Below are positions 18,793 through 28,931 of a DNA stretch of 64,000 bases, one piece after another. Made by a program: the position numbers and the translations under genes. Each line of letters begins with the position of its first letter. The first letter of the stretch is position 1. Source of the DNA: Candidatus Omnitrophota bacterium (GTDB lineage Bacteria > Omnitrophota > Gorgyraeia > Duberdicusellales > 4484-171); contig JAIPGM010000005.1 of NCBI GenBank assembly GCA_021735655.1, forward strand, positions 32,001 through 96,000, given 5' to 3'. The notes beneath the pieces are model-generated. The model searched no databases. It saw only the letters and a program-made list of their open reading frames with translations, and was not told where the DNA came from.

Positions 18793-19410
18793 TTACCCCC
18801 CTTTAAGTGATGCGGCAACAAACCGCAAAGCATTAGTAAAATCCATATCTAAATACATAATATTTTCTGGCACTATAATTTTAATCGCTGAAAAATTTAA
18901 AATACCACGCACCCCGGCTTTGATTAACTTATCGGCTACGGCCTGAGCTGAGCCTGCCGGAACAGCGATTATTGCCAACTCAATGTTTCGCTGTTTAATA
19001 ATACTTTCTAATTGGTTATCGCCAAAAACATCGATAGCAGTGCGAATTCTTTCAATCTTATTAATACTGCAATCAAACCCAGCCACAATTTCAAATCCAT
19101 CCTCCTGAAACTTTTCATAATCTAGGAGAGCGCTCCCGAGACGTCCCAAGCCAACAATACAGGCCTTGCGCTTCTGATTTAAATTAAGCTTACGCCCCAA
19201 CTCTTGCTTTAAACCGCTAACTTCGTAGCCTTTTCGAGTGTAACCGGTAAGGCCTAAAGAGCTAATATCTTTACGCACCGTATATTCAGTAGCACCAATA
19301 GCTTTAGCCAGATTCAGAGAAGATACAAAATCAACTCCTTGCTTTTCTAAGGTGTTTAAATATCCAAAAATCTTACAAATTCGCTCAAGACTATTATCTG
19401 ATAAACTCAT
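18793..19410 (-). CDS. rex: Redox-sensing transcriptional repressor Rex
   Basis: 205 aa. N-terminal winged helix is followed by a Rossmann domain with CIVGLGRLGSAL. There are two Rex-box-like inverted repeats upstream. Confidence 0.8.
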   Translation of the reverse strand: MSLSDNSLERICKIFGYLNTLEKQGVDFVSSLNLAKAIGATEYTVRKDISSLGLTGYTRKGYEVSGLKQELGRKLNLNQKRKACIVGLGRLGSALLDYEKFQEDGFEIVAGFDCSINKIERIRTAIDVFGDNQLESIIKQRNIELAIIAVPAGSAQAVADKLIKAGVRGILNFSAIKIIVPENIMYLDMDFTNALRFVAASLKGG

Positions 19411-19431
19411 ATATGTTCCTTAACCTTATTT

Positions 19432-19449
19432 AAGTGAAATAATTCACTA
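19432..19449. promoter_or_regulatory. Rex-box-like operator (AAGTGAA-ATAA-TTCACTA)
   Basis: Matches the Rex consensus TTGTGAA-N4-TTCACAA at 11 of 14 half-site positions. It lies 22 nt upstream of the rex ATG. Confidence 0.5.
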
Positions 19450-19564
19450 TTATAGCTAATTTATACCCTATATTACCCTGAATGTCAAGATATTTTATGG
19501 TATTTTTTAGGCTAACTAATAAATGTATATTTTTCAATCGATTATCAGTATGATTCCTATAATA

Positions 19565-19583
19565 TTAGTGAAATTTTTCACCC
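19565..19583. promoter_or_regulatory. Second Rex-box-like operator (TAGTGAA-ATTT-TTCACCC)
   Basis: Same GTGAA-N4-TTCAC core, about 155 nt upstream of rex. Confidence 0.45.
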
Positions 19584-19604
19584 CATTATCAAAAAAAGGG
19601 GCGA

Positions 19605-21011
19605 TTATTGCCGGCCAGACAAAAATACAGTTTCGTCTTTTGCCGGAATACTGACTTTAATATTGTGCTTTTTCAGGTTAGTTCTTAATACCTCAGACTG
19701 CTCTTCGTCACCATGAACAATAAAAACCTTCTTTAACTTACCTTGGCATTTTTTAACATATTCGACCAGACCATTTTTATCCGAATGTGAACTAAAAGCA
19801 TTTAAAGTAACTACTTCGGCATTTAATTTATAAGGATGACCAAAGATCTTAACTTCCGGGTTTCTTTCAACAATTCTTCGGCCTAAGGTATTTTTAGCCA
19901 TATAGCCAATTGCAATTATGGTGTTGTGTGGATTTTCAATATTGTTTTTTAAATGGTGAAGTATTCGACCATTTTCGCACATTCCGGAAGCTGATATTAT
20001 TATCATCGGGCTTTTCTTTTCATTAAGCTTCTTTGATTTGTTGACATCAGTTATATAGGTAATGCTGCCATAACCTAAAGGATCCTCTTCTCTTTGAAAA
20101 GCCTGCTGAGTGATATCATCGAAATACTGCCAATTTTCCCGAAATACTTTAGTCAAATTCACCGCCAGGGGACTATCAACATAAATTGGAATCTTTTTTA
20201 TCTTTTTACGCTTTATCAACTCACTGATAAAAAATACAATTAACTGTGTTCTTTCTAAAGCAAAAGAAGGGATGATAATTTTACCGCCCCGCTTAATCGT
20301 ACGATTTACAGCAGCAGCCAGCTCTTCCTCAGCATCTTCGATACTTGAGTGACTTCTCCCACCATAGGTACTTTCAATTATAAGGTAATCTATATCTTTG
20401 GGAACTTCCGGATTTCTAAGTAAGGGCATGCCATAGCGGCCTAGGTCTACGGCATAAGCTATGCGCATATTGCCATGAGTAGTTTTAATATCAAGGGTTG
20501 GTACAGTTGAACCAAGAATATGCCCGGCTTCAAAAAAAGTTAAATCTATCTCTCTGGCCAAAGGAAATTTTTGATGATATTCCAAAGATCTAATATATTT
20601 AAGTGACTTCTCAGCATCTTTTTTAGTATAAAGTGGTTCCCTTGGCGGGAGATGTTTACGACGGTTAATCTTATTTACATAACGAACATCTTCTTCCTGG
20701 ACATAACCACTATCAGCAAGCATGTAATGCAATAATTTCTTAGTGACCGGAGTAGCAAATACATGTGAACGATAGCCGTTTTTTATTAAAGTCGGGATAT
20801 TACCACAATGATCGATATGAGCGTGGGAGACCACGCAGGCCTTTAAGCTTTGTGGGTTAAAGGAAAACTTTGAATTAACTTGGTAGGTTTCATCCCGACG
20901 ACCATGGAAAAGGCCGCAATCAAGCAATATACTGGAATGATCTGTAGATACAAGATGCTGCGAGCCGGTAACTGTACGAGCTCCGCCGCAGAATTTAATC
21001 GTTACTGTCAA
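19605..21011 (-). CDS. MBL-fold metallo-hydrolase of the beta-CASP family (RNA-metabolising; RNase J/CPSF-like)
   Basis: HAHIDHCG metallo-beta-lactamase motif and the beta-CASP region. 468 aa. Confidence 0.7.
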   Translation of the reverse strand: MTVTIKFCGGARTVTGSQHLVSTDHSSILLDCGLFHGRRDETYQVNSKFSFNPQSLKACVVSHAHIDHCGNIPTLIKNGYRSHVFATPVTKKLLHYMLADSGYVQEEDVRYVNKINRRKHLPPREPLYTKKDAEKSLKYIRSLEYHQKFPLAREIDLTFFEAGHILGSTVPTLDIKTTHGNMRIAYAVDLGRYGMPLLRNPEVPKDIDYLIIESTYGGRSHSSIEDAEEELAAAVNRTIKRGGKIIIPSFALERTQLIVFFISELIKRKKIKKIPIYVDSPLAVNLTKVFRENWQYFDDITQQAFQREEDPLGYGSITYITDVNKSKKLNEKKSPMIIISASGMCENGRILHHLKNNIENPHNTIIAIGYMAKNTLGRRIVERNPEVKIFGHPYKLNAEVVTLNAFSSHSDKNGLVEYVKKCQGKLKKVFIVHGDEEQSEVLRTNLKKHNIKVSIPAKDETVFLSGRQ

Positions 21012-21126
21012 CTAATACTCCTGGTGTTTTCATATCTACGTAGGAAACTTTTATTCCATGATTAATTATACCCTAATAATGAGAAAACCTAAAGTAAAAA
21101 TAATTAGCGATTTCTTTGAATTAAAC

Positions 21127-21669
21127 TTACTTTAGATAAGCCTTGATGATTTTTTGCTCTTTTAACGGCTTACTGGCTGAATTAACCGCTGTGCCTTCTA
21201 TTTTTTGAACAACTTCATAACCGGAGATTACTTCGCCAAAAATTGTATGCTTCATGTTAAGCCAAGGAGTAGGAACCGTAGTAATAAAAAATTGACTTCC
21301 GTTACTATTGGGTCCGGAATTAGCCATCGCCAATAGACCCGGCTTATCAAATTTAAGAGTTGGAGTAAATTCATCCTCAAACGACGCACCCCAAATTGAG
21401 CGACCGCCCATGCCGGTACCAGTCGGGTCTCCGCCTTGAATCATGAAATCAGCCATCACCCTGTGAAATATTATTCCGTTATAATAACCCTGCTCAACCA
21501 GTCCGATGAAATTTTCACAAGCTTTCGGTGCCCGCTCCGGCATAAGTTTAAGCTCGATATTACCCTGATTTGTTTCTAGAACTACTATATTTTTTTCCAT
21601 AGCTTTAACCTCCCCAAAAATACTGCCGGTAAAAATACCAATTAATAAAAAAACAAATAACCTTTTCAT
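21127..21669 (-). CDS. Peptidyl-prolyl cis-trans isomerase, cyclophilin type, secreted
   Basis: Signal peptide MKRLFVFLLIGIF followed by a cyclophilin core (FHRVMADFMIQGGDPTGTG). Start taken at the internal Met. Confidence 0.8.
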   Translation of the reverse strand: MKRLFVFLLIGIFTGSIFGEVKAMEKNIVVLETNQGNIELKLMPERAPKACENFIGLVEQGYYNGIIFHRVMADFMIQGGDPTGTGMGGRSIWGASFEDEFTPTLKFDKPGLLAMANSGPNSNGSQFFITTVPTPWLNMKHTIFGEVISGYEVVQKIEGTAVNSASKPLKEQKIIKAYLK

Positions 21670-21708
21670 AAACCCCCTCTCCTCCTTCAGCAATATTTCA
21701 ACCGATCC

Positions 21709-22878
21709 CTAAACCATTCTTATCGCTAGGGCCAAAGCACTGCCACCGCCTAGACAAGTAGCGGTTAAACCAATTTTTTTATTCTGAACCTTAAGCACAT
21801 TGATCAAAGTAACTAGCCCTCGGGCTCCGGAAACTCCCAAGGGATGACCCAAGGCAAGGGTTCCGCCAAAAACATTCAAACGTTGCTTATCCGCACCGCT
21901 TAAATTCATAGTCACTAAAGCTTGAACTGAAAAAGCCTCATTTATTTCAAATATATCCACGTCAGACAATTCAAGCGAGCTCAACTTAAGGCACTTTTTA
22001 ATCGCCAAGGCCGGAGCAGTAAAAACTAACTTTGCTTCAACAGCAACTGTAGCATATCCCAAAATATAAGCTAAAGGAGTAAGTTTATTTTCCTTAAGCC
22101 CCTTATCGGAAGAAAAAATCAAAGCCGCGGCTCCGTCTGCCGGGGCTGAAGAACTACCGGCAGTAACCGTACCGTTAGCTTCGAAAGCCGCAGGTAAATT
22201 GGATAATTTTTCTAAAGATAAGTTTTTTCTTGGCTTTTCATCGAGACTGAAAATCTTATCGTCATTTATAGAAATTGGTACAATTTCATTAGCAGATAGT
22301 CCTTGTTCTTGAGCATGGATCGCTTTGCGATGACTATCTAAAGTATAGATATCCTGATCCTCTCGGGATATATTAAACTCTTTAGCCGTATACTCAGCGA
22401 TTACTCCCATATGAGTATTGTTTAACTTACACCAAAGGCCGTCGTCAATTAAACTGTCACCTAAATCTTCCTTCTTGAATTCTCCTGACTTTTTATTTCG
22501 TGGCAAAATATATGGACATTGAGAAGCACTTTCCAAGCCTCCGGCAATAATTAAATCTGAATCTCGACAAAGTATAGCCTGACTTGCCAAAACTGCTGAT
22601 TTTAAACCCGAACCACAAACTTTGTTTATGGTAAAAGCCGGAGTTTCAACTGACAAACCGGCAGCAACTAAAGCCTGCCTAGCCGGATTCTGCCCTAAAC
22701 CGGTGCTTATGACATTCCCCATTATTACTTCATCTAGTGACGATTTATTTATCGAATTTTTTTCAACAATTTTTCTGATTACCGAACCGCCAAGTGAAAC
22801 CGCAGATAGCGTTTTCAAGCTCTGCCCCATGCCACCGATAGGAGTTCTTAAGCCATCTACTATAAATACCTTTTCCAT
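21709..22878 (-). CDS. Acetyl-CoA C-acetyltransferase (thiolase II)
   Basis: 389 aa. N-terminal VDGLRTPIG, an active-site Cys region and a C-terminal GLTATCLGGGSALA thiolase signature. Confidence 0.85.
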   Translation of the reverse strand: MEKVFIVDGLRTPIGGMGQSLKTLSAVSLGGSVIRKIVEKNSINKSSLDEVIMGNVISTGLGQNPARQALVAAGLSVETPAFTINKVCGSGLKSAVLASQAILCRDSDLIIAGGLESASQCPYILPRNKKSGEFKKEDLGDSLIDDGLWCKLNNTHMGVIAEYTAKEFNISREDQDIYTLDSHRKAIHAQEQGLSANEIVPISINDDKIFSLDEKPRKNLSLEKLSNLPAAFEANGTVTAGSSSAPADGAAALIFSSDKGLKENKLTPLAYILGYATVAVEAKLVFTAPALAIKKCLKLSSLELSDVDIFEINEAFSVQALVTMNLSGADKQRLNVFGGTLALGHPLGVSGARGLVTLINVLKVQNKKIGLTATCLGGGSALALAIRMV

Positions 22879-22895
22879 ATCCTGAAATATCTCCT

Positions 22896-23996
22896 CTAGC
22901 GAGACTTCGATTTAATTAATTCAAGTATCCGACCTACATCAACATACTTATCAATCAAATCTTCAGTTTTTTTAATCTTAGGTTTATCTTCGGCCCGGAT
23001 CTTAAAAATCATATTGTTAATCCTTCTAGCTGTAGAAAAAGAATCTTCCTCAACCAAGATTAAAGGAATATTAGCCCGGTCAATCGCCTCAATTATCTTT
23101 TTGACTGGTTTTTTTCCATAAGTAGCTATGATCCCGGAGATGTGATATTTATCAGCCACACCCAAAACCCAGCCACTTAAGGCTGAAAATATGATATCTT
23201 CACGATTTCCAGGAACAATCAAAAGAGTTCCGCCGGAAAAATAATCTAAAGCCTGATGAGCAACCACATCTCCAATGACAAAACGCTCAACCACTCTACC
23301 GAGACCATTATGACCACAGATAAGCTTACCCTTAAAATCCTCAAGCAACTCCGAAATTGTAGGATTAGAAAGCACCTCTTCAAAAGGAATCACTCCCAAA
23401 ACCTCTACCCCTTTTCTGGTTAAGCCTTTGCGAATTAGACGGTTAATTTTTTTGTATTTACTTTTTTTAACCTTATTAATGATTACCCCTAAAACTTCTA
23501 CCCCTCGAAGATCGAATTCAGCCCGATTAAGCATAATTTCATCAATCGGCCGGCCAATACCACCACAGCTCACAATAATAACTTTGAGTTTAAGTAACTT
23601 TGCCACATCAGCATTAGACATGTCAAACACCGAACCCACGCCAGCATGGCCAGTTCCTTCAACTAACAAAAAATTACACGACTTCTTTAAGCGCTCATGG
23701 GAACTTTTAACTTTATTAGCCAAAACAGAACGTTTACCGTGCAAGATATATTCCTCGGTAAAACCTGGAGGGATAGCTATCGGACTCATATCCTGCAAAT
23801 TACCCTTAAAGCCAAATATCTGTTTCATAAGCACTGCGTCTTTATCTATCTTTTTACCGTCAACAATCCGATACTGCTGCCCAACCGGTTTCATATAGCC
23901 TAGGCGCTTAACCCGTTTTTTCAAAACTGAAAGAAGCCCCAATGAAACTATAGTCTTTCCGTCATTTTGCCTGGTAGCACCAATATAAATACTCAT
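22896..23996 (-). CDS. Stand-alone phosphotransacetylase N-terminal-domain-like protein (P-loop BioD/CobQ-like fold plus DRTGG domain)
   Basis: MSIYIGATRQNDGKTIVSLGL resembles the N-terminal regulatory domain of long Pta enzymes. The C-terminal LLIVPGNREDII...IPLILV matches the DRTGG region. No PTA_PTB catalytic domain is present. Confidence 0.55.
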   Translation of the reverse strand: MSIYIGATRQNDGKTIVSLGLLSVLKKRVKRLGYMKPVGQQYRIVDGKKIDKDAVLMKQIFGFKGNLQDMSPIAIPPGFTEEYILHGKRSVLANKVKSSHERLKKSCNFLLVEGTGHAGVGSVFDMSNADVAKLLKLKVIIVSCGGIGRPIDEIMLNRAEFDLRGVEVLGVIINKVKKSKYKKINRLIRKGLTRKGVEVLGVIPFEEVLSNPTISELLEDFKGKLICGHNGLGRVVERFVIGDVVAHQALDYFSGGTLLIVPGNREDIIFSALSGWVLGVADKYHISGIIATYGKKPVKKIIEAIDRANIPLILVEEDSFSTARRINNMIFKIRAEDKPKIKKTEDLIDKYVDVGRILELIKSKSR

Positions 23997-24064
23997 AAAT
24001 TATCACCTCTCTCTTCTAATCTGCTCCGGTAAAAAATATAAAAAATCGTCTTGCCAAAATCATC

Positions 24065-25279
24065 CTAACTTTTTTTCTCTAAGCTCTGCCACTTAGTTTT
24101 TAAATCATCTCTATTTATCGCTTCTAAAAGATAATTAGTAAATTCACCGGCAGTTGCACCATTATCACGACCGGTAATTTTAATTTTTTGTTCAAAGTTT
24201 CCGCAAATATCCAAAGCCATACTTACCTTCTCAGCCTGATCCTTAAAACCAATATGGTTTAAAAGCATTGAACTTGCCCGAATCATTGATGATGGATCAG
24301 CATACTTAGCCCGTCCCTCCTTAACCATTCGAGGAGCACTCCCATGGATAGCCTCAAACATTGCCCAAAATTTACCGATATTAGCACTACCGGCAGTCCC
24401 TACTCCGCCTTGAAGTTGAGCAGCTTCATCAGTTAAAATATCACCGTAAAGATTAGGTAATACCATAACTTGAAAGTCGCTGCGACGGGCCGGATCAAGT
24501 AGTTTAGCAGTCATAATATCAATATACCACTCATCAGAGCTTATGCCTTCGGCTTCATACTCTTTAGCAATAGCTTTAGCTACTTTTGAAAATCTACCAT
24601 CAGTAGTTTTAACTACATTTGATTTTGTAACTACAGTTACCCGTTTTAAATTATTTTTCCGGGCATATTCAAAAGCCATACGGATAATTCGCTCAGCCCC
24701 TTGTTCAGTAATAACCTTAAAATCAATACTTAGATCATCACCGACATTTACCCCGCTAGAACCTAGAATATAGGCGCCTTCAGTATTCTCACGAAAAAAA
24801 ATCCAATCAATACCTTGGGCCGGGACTTTAACCGGCCGAACATTAGCAAAAAGATCCAACTCCCGACGCATAGCAACATTAGCACTTTCAATATTCGGCC
24901 AAGAATCTCCGGCTTGCGGCGTGGTAGTCGGACCTTTTAAAATAACATGGCATTTTTTTATTTCCTTTAAAACGTCATCGGGAATTGCCTTCTTATGTTT
25001 TGCCCGGTTTTCAATAGTTAAACCTTCAATAGTTTTAAAAGCGACTTTTCCTTGCTCAAGCTCTTTAGCCAACATGGCCTCTAAAACCTTACGGGCATGT
25101 TTTGAAATTTCCAGGCCAATTCCATCTCCGGCACAAATACCGATAATTATCGGTTTCAAAGTTGCATAATCAATCCAATCTTTAGCCTGTTTCATTTCCT
25201 TAATCCGCAAAAGTTGTTCTCTAATCAATTGGTCAAATTTATTCTTTGCTTCCTCTATTAATTTAGACTCTTTAAACAT
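24065..25279 (-). CDS. icd: Isocitrate dehydrogenase (NADP-dependent, prokaryotic type) / isopropylmalate dehydrogenase family
   Basis: GDGIGLEI and KGPTTTP motifs. 404 aa. C-terminal NLYGDILTDEAAQL-type signature. Confidence 0.7.
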   Translation of the reverse strand: MFKESKLIEEAKNKFDQLIREQLLRIKEMKQAKDWIDYATLKPIIIGICAGDGIGLEISKHARKVLEAMLAKELEQGKVAFKTIEGLTIENRAKHKKAIPDDVLKEIKKCHVILKGPTTTPQAGDSWPNIESANVAMRRELDLFANVRPVKVPAQGIDWIFFRENTEGAYILGSSGVNVGDDLSIDFKVITEQGAERIIRMAFEYARKNNLKRVTVVTKSNVVKTTDGRFSKVAKAIAKEYEAEGISSDEWYIDIMTAKLLDPARRSDFQVMVLPNLYGDILTDEAAQLQGGVGTAGSANIGKFWAMFEAIHGSAPRMVKEGRAKYADPSSMIRASSMLLNHIGFKDQAEKVSMALDICGNFEQKIKITGRDNGATAGEFTNYLLEAINRDDLKTKWQSLEKKS

Positions 25280-25337
25280 CGCTTGCTCCTCGTTTATTAC
25301 ACTTTATCAAAAAAATTGAAAACCGGCTGAAATTTAT

Positions 25338-27278
25338 TCATTCAAAAAATAAGTTGTGCCAAATAGCAAAATTAAGCAAAGCCCAAATTTTAAAAGTATT
25401 ATTTCCGGCTCCGGAAAAATGTCGCTTTAGCAAACTTTGAACATATTCCACGTTAAAGTAACCCATTTTTTTCAGATTCGCCTCAGAAAGATAATCAGTA
25501 ACCATAGGCTTAGCTTCCTTTTTCATCCATGGACCCACTGGCACACTGAGCCCTTTTTTAGCATTAAATATAATTTTAGCAGGAAGTTTACCTTTCATAG
25601 CTTTTTTTAGGCAATATTTCGATTCCAACCTCCTGACTTTTAAATTAAACGGCATCGCCATTATAAAATCTATCAAAGAATTATCTAGAAACGGTGATCT
25701 TATTTTTAATCCGGTAGCTCTACTTGCACAATCAAACATCGGCTGCAGAAAGTTTGGAGAAAGTATGTTAAAATCAGCAGCTATAATCTTATTGAAATCA
25801 CTTATACCTTTTATACCGCTTAATTGTTTTTTATAGGCATCAAAAGAATCATGCGAAGCAACCCCTCGTAAATCATTGCTATAAAGCTTCTGCTTTTCCT
25901 GCTCGCTGAAACTCAAACGCCAAAAATAATGGGCTCGGGCAACATCATTATAACGAGTTCCAGTCATAAGGTGCCGGATTTTAAAACTTAGGCTAACCGG
26001 CCAATTAGAAATCGAAAATTTATCGGCAATCGTTGCGATACCTCTTTTTAATCCTTTGGGAACTAACCGACTGTAATGAAAATTTGCTATATCTGCCAAG
26101 TAAGTATTAAACCCGCCTAGCGTTTCATCCGAGCCAGATCCGCTAAAAGCCACTTCTAAATCGGTATTATTTTTGATATAGTCAGAAACCAAATAAGTTC
26201 CCAGTATGGCCGGATTAGCGGCTAGACTGTCCCGATGCCAAATAATCTTTGGCAGCAATTTACATGCTTCTGGTCCAACATCTACCCTAGTAGCATCAAT
26301 GTTTAAACTATCCGAAGCATCTAAAACAGTCTTAGCAGTGTTATACTTTTTAACCCTGAATGCTGCATAAAAAGCTCTTGGCTTAACTTTTCCAAAGCTA
26401 TCAGTCAAATATGCTAAGCTGCTAGAATCTACCCCTCCACTGAAAAGAAGGCCGATGGATTTTTCCTGATCCAACTGACGTACCGCTGATTCTTTCAACT
26501 TTTCATAGAACGAATCAAAATAATAAGAGTCAGATTTTGCCTCTTGTTTAACTTCTGAAGGCTTCCAATACTCTCTTAAGCTAACTTTTTTTCCCGAACA
26601 CAACAATAAATGCCCCGGAGGAAGTGTATTTACGTCTTTGACTAATGTCTTAGGATCAGGAACATAGTTGTAAGAAAAAAAATCATGTAATCCGGAATAA
26701 TCTAAATGCTTATTGAAATTAGGATCGGCTAATATGGCCTTAATCTCTGAGCCAAAACTAATTCCTCCAGATTGAATAGTATAAAATAAAGGTTTATTGC
26801 CGAACCTGTCCCTGGCCAGCAATAATGCTTTTGCTCTTTTATCCCAGATTGCCAAAGCAAATATTCCATTTAAATACTTTATGCAATCAGCTCCGTATTC
26901 TTCGTAAAGATGGATTATAACTTCTGCCCGGTGAGCTGTTTTTAAGATATGGCCTTTCTGTTCTAGATCCTGCCTTAATTCATTAAAGTTATAGAGCTCC
27001 CCTTCATAGACTAGTAGGAGATCTTTTTCTTTAGAAGTTAACCCTTTAGCTTTTTCTAAATCAGCTGTATTTTGAATCCCAGTGCATACGCAACCAGAAC
27101 ATCTAGTTTCTTTTTTGCTGCCACAACAATTCGTTATGAGGCCTAATCCGATATTATCATCAATAAATACATCTCGCTTGCTGGGACGATGTTTTAAAGT
27201 ATCGGCCATCTTGATGATCACACTTTGACTCACCTGCCGATCAGAATTAAACTCAAATTTTCCGCATATTCCACACAT
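25338..27278 (-). CDS. asnB: Asparagine synthetase (glutamine-hydrolysing), with a Cys-rich insertion in the glutaminase domain
   Basis: N-terminal MCGICG (nucleophile Cys2) and the PP-loop SGGVDSS. A roughly 20-aa insert NCCGSKKETRCSGCVCTG is present. Confidence 0.8.
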   Translation of the reverse strand: MCGICGKFEFNSDRQVSQSVIIKMADTLKHRPSKRDVFIDDNIGLGLITNCCGSKKETRCSGCVCTGIQNTADLEKAKGLTSKEKDLLLVYEGELYNFNELRQDLEQKGHILKTAHRAEVIIHLYEEYGADCIKYLNGIFALAIWDKRAKALLLARDRFGNKPLFYTIQSGGISFGSEIKAILADPNFNKHLDYSGLHDFFSYNYVPDPKTLVKDVNTLPPGHLLLCSGKKVSLREYWKPSEVKQEAKSDSYYFDSFYEKLKESAVRQLDQEKSIGLLFSGGVDSSSLAYLTDSFGKVKPRAFYAAFRVKKYNTAKTVLDASDSLNIDATRVDVGPEACKLLPKIIWHRDSLAANPAILGTYLVSDYIKNNTDLEVAFSGSGSDETLGGFNTYLADIANFHYSRLVPKGLKRGIATIADKFSISNWPVSLSFKIRHLMTGTRYNDVARAHYFWRLSFSEQEKQKLYSNDLRGVASHDSFDAYKKQLSGIKGISDFNKIIAADFNILSPNFLQPMFDCASRATGLKIRSPFLDNSLIDFIMAMPFNLKVRRLESKYCLKKAMKGKLPAKIIFNAKKGLSVPVGPWMKKEAKPMVTDYLSEANLKKMGYFNVEYVQSLLKRHFSGAGNNTFKIWALLNFAIWHNLFFE

Positions 27279-27338
27279 TATCTCTACCTGTTTATCTGCA
27301 AGTATCGATCACGACTGTTGTTTTGATTAAGCTACGGT

Positions 27339-28931
27339 TTACTTGAAACGTTTTTTCTTCTTTGTGTTTTTAGCTCTTTCGACTAGCGGTTTTTTACCTG
27401 ATTTTGTTTTTTTAAAAGCATCGAGGATTTTTTCGGCTTCCTTAAAGGATACCGTAATAAATGAAAACTTATCAAAAACACTGACATCATTTATTTTTCT
27501 CTGGTCGATTCGCGAAACCTGCTGAATCAGTTCAACTATTTTGCGGGCAGTCATTTTATCAATCTTACCCTTAGCTACAAAAAGTCGAGTTGTTCCCTTT
27601 TTGTCAACATAGGGTTCTCGAATCATCGAATATTTAGCTTCATCCAGCTCTTCGCCAAAGGAATACTCAATTAAAGCTGAGATTACACTTTCCGGATCAT
27701 TTTCAGCTAAGATATCTTTAGCAAAAGATTTATGCTTTTGTGCATTCTCGGTATCAATTAAATCATCAAGACTTTTTTTAATCCGTACCTTCTTTGAGCT
27801 AATAACTTCTTCAACCCCAGGAATCTCTTTCCGACGAATATCAGTCTTAGTAAGTCTTTTGATAAATGTTAACTTTCGGTATTCATCAGAGGTAACAAAT
27901 GTGATCGCCGTACCAGTTCTGCCAGCTCTACCGGTTCTACCGATTCGATGCACATAGCTATGTGGGTCTTGAGGAAGTGCAAAATTTATAACGTGAGTTA
28001 AATCATTCACATCGATTCCTCTGGCGGCAACATCGGTAGCGACCAAAATAGTAGAACGCTTTTGCTTGAACTTATCAAGAATTCGTTCACGTTGGTTTTG
28101 AGAAATATCTCCATGAAGGCCATCTGAATCGTAACCACGGAAGCTAAGTTTTCGTGCTAATTCATCAACATCAATTTTAGTTCTACAAAAGATTAAACCA
28201 TAAAATTCATTTTCGCTATCAATAATTCTACATAATGCCTCAAATTTGTCGGCTCGATTCACTTCGAAATATATCTGATCAGTTAAACTTACCGTTAATT
28301 GATCTTGAGAAGCTCTAACCAGTTTATAACTTTTCATGTATTTCTTAGCAAGTTCGAGTATCGGCCTTGGCATGGTGGCCGAAAAAAGTAAAACCCGTTT
28401 TTCTTTACTCGCATAAGAAAGTATCTCCTCAACATCATCAATGAAACCCATATTAAGCATTTCATCAGCTTCATCGAGAATAAAATAGTTCACCTCGGAG
28501 AGATCTAAGGTTTTTCTTAATAAATGGTCTTTTACCCTTCCCGGGGTGCCAACTACAATGTCTACACCTTTGCGCAATCTGCGTAATTGCTGGTCTATAG
28601 ACTGACCGCCGTAAATTGCGGCAATATCTAGACTCTTATTGCCTCTTAAAGAATTTATTTCTTCAGCAACTTGCACTGCTAGCTCTCTAGTCGGGGTTAA
28701 GATGATAGCTTGGGGGGATCTTGTTCTATTGGTAATTTTTTCAATTAAAGGCAGGCCAAAAGCAGCAGTTTTACCGGTTCCGGTTTGGGCTTGGCCAACA
28801 ATATCGCAGCTATCCTTTAAAAACAAAGGAATAATTTCCTTTTGTATTTGGGTTGGTTCTTCAAAGCCTTTTCTTTTTAAGGCTGCTAAAGTGCTATCGG
28901 CTAAACCTAATTCTTTAAATTTCTCTAACAT
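27339..28931 (-). CDS. DEAD-box ATP-dependent RNA helicase with C-terminal DbpA-like RNA-binding extension
   Basis: Q-motif, AQTGTGKT, DEAD, SAT and HRIGRTGRAGRTG motifs. 530 aa with a Lys-rich tail. Confidence 0.9.
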   Translation of the reverse strand: MLEKFKELGLADSTLAALKRKGFEEPTQIQKEIIPLFLKDSCDIVGQAQTGTGKTAAFGLPLIEKITNRTRSPQAIILTPTRELAVQVAEEINSLRGNKSLDIAAIYGGQSIDQQLRRLRKGVDIVVGTPGRVKDHLLRKTLDLSEVNYFILDEADEMLNMGFIDDVEEILSYASKEKRVLLFSATMPRPILELAKKYMKSYKLVRASQDQLTVSLTDQIYFEVNRADKFEALCRIIDSENEFYGLIFCRTKIDVDELARKLSFRGYDSDGLHGDISQNQRERILDKFKQKRSTILVATDVAARGIDVNDLTHVINFALPQDPHSYVHRIGRTGRAGRTGTAITFVTSDEYRKLTFIKRLTKTDIRRKEIPGVEEVISSKKVRIKKSLDDLIDTENAQKHKSFAKDILAENDPESVISALIEYSFGEELDEAKYSMIREPYVDKKGTTRLFVAKGKIDKMTARKIVELIQQVSRIDQRKINDVSVFDKFSFITVSFKEAEKILDAFKKTKSGKKPLVERAKNTKKKKRFK

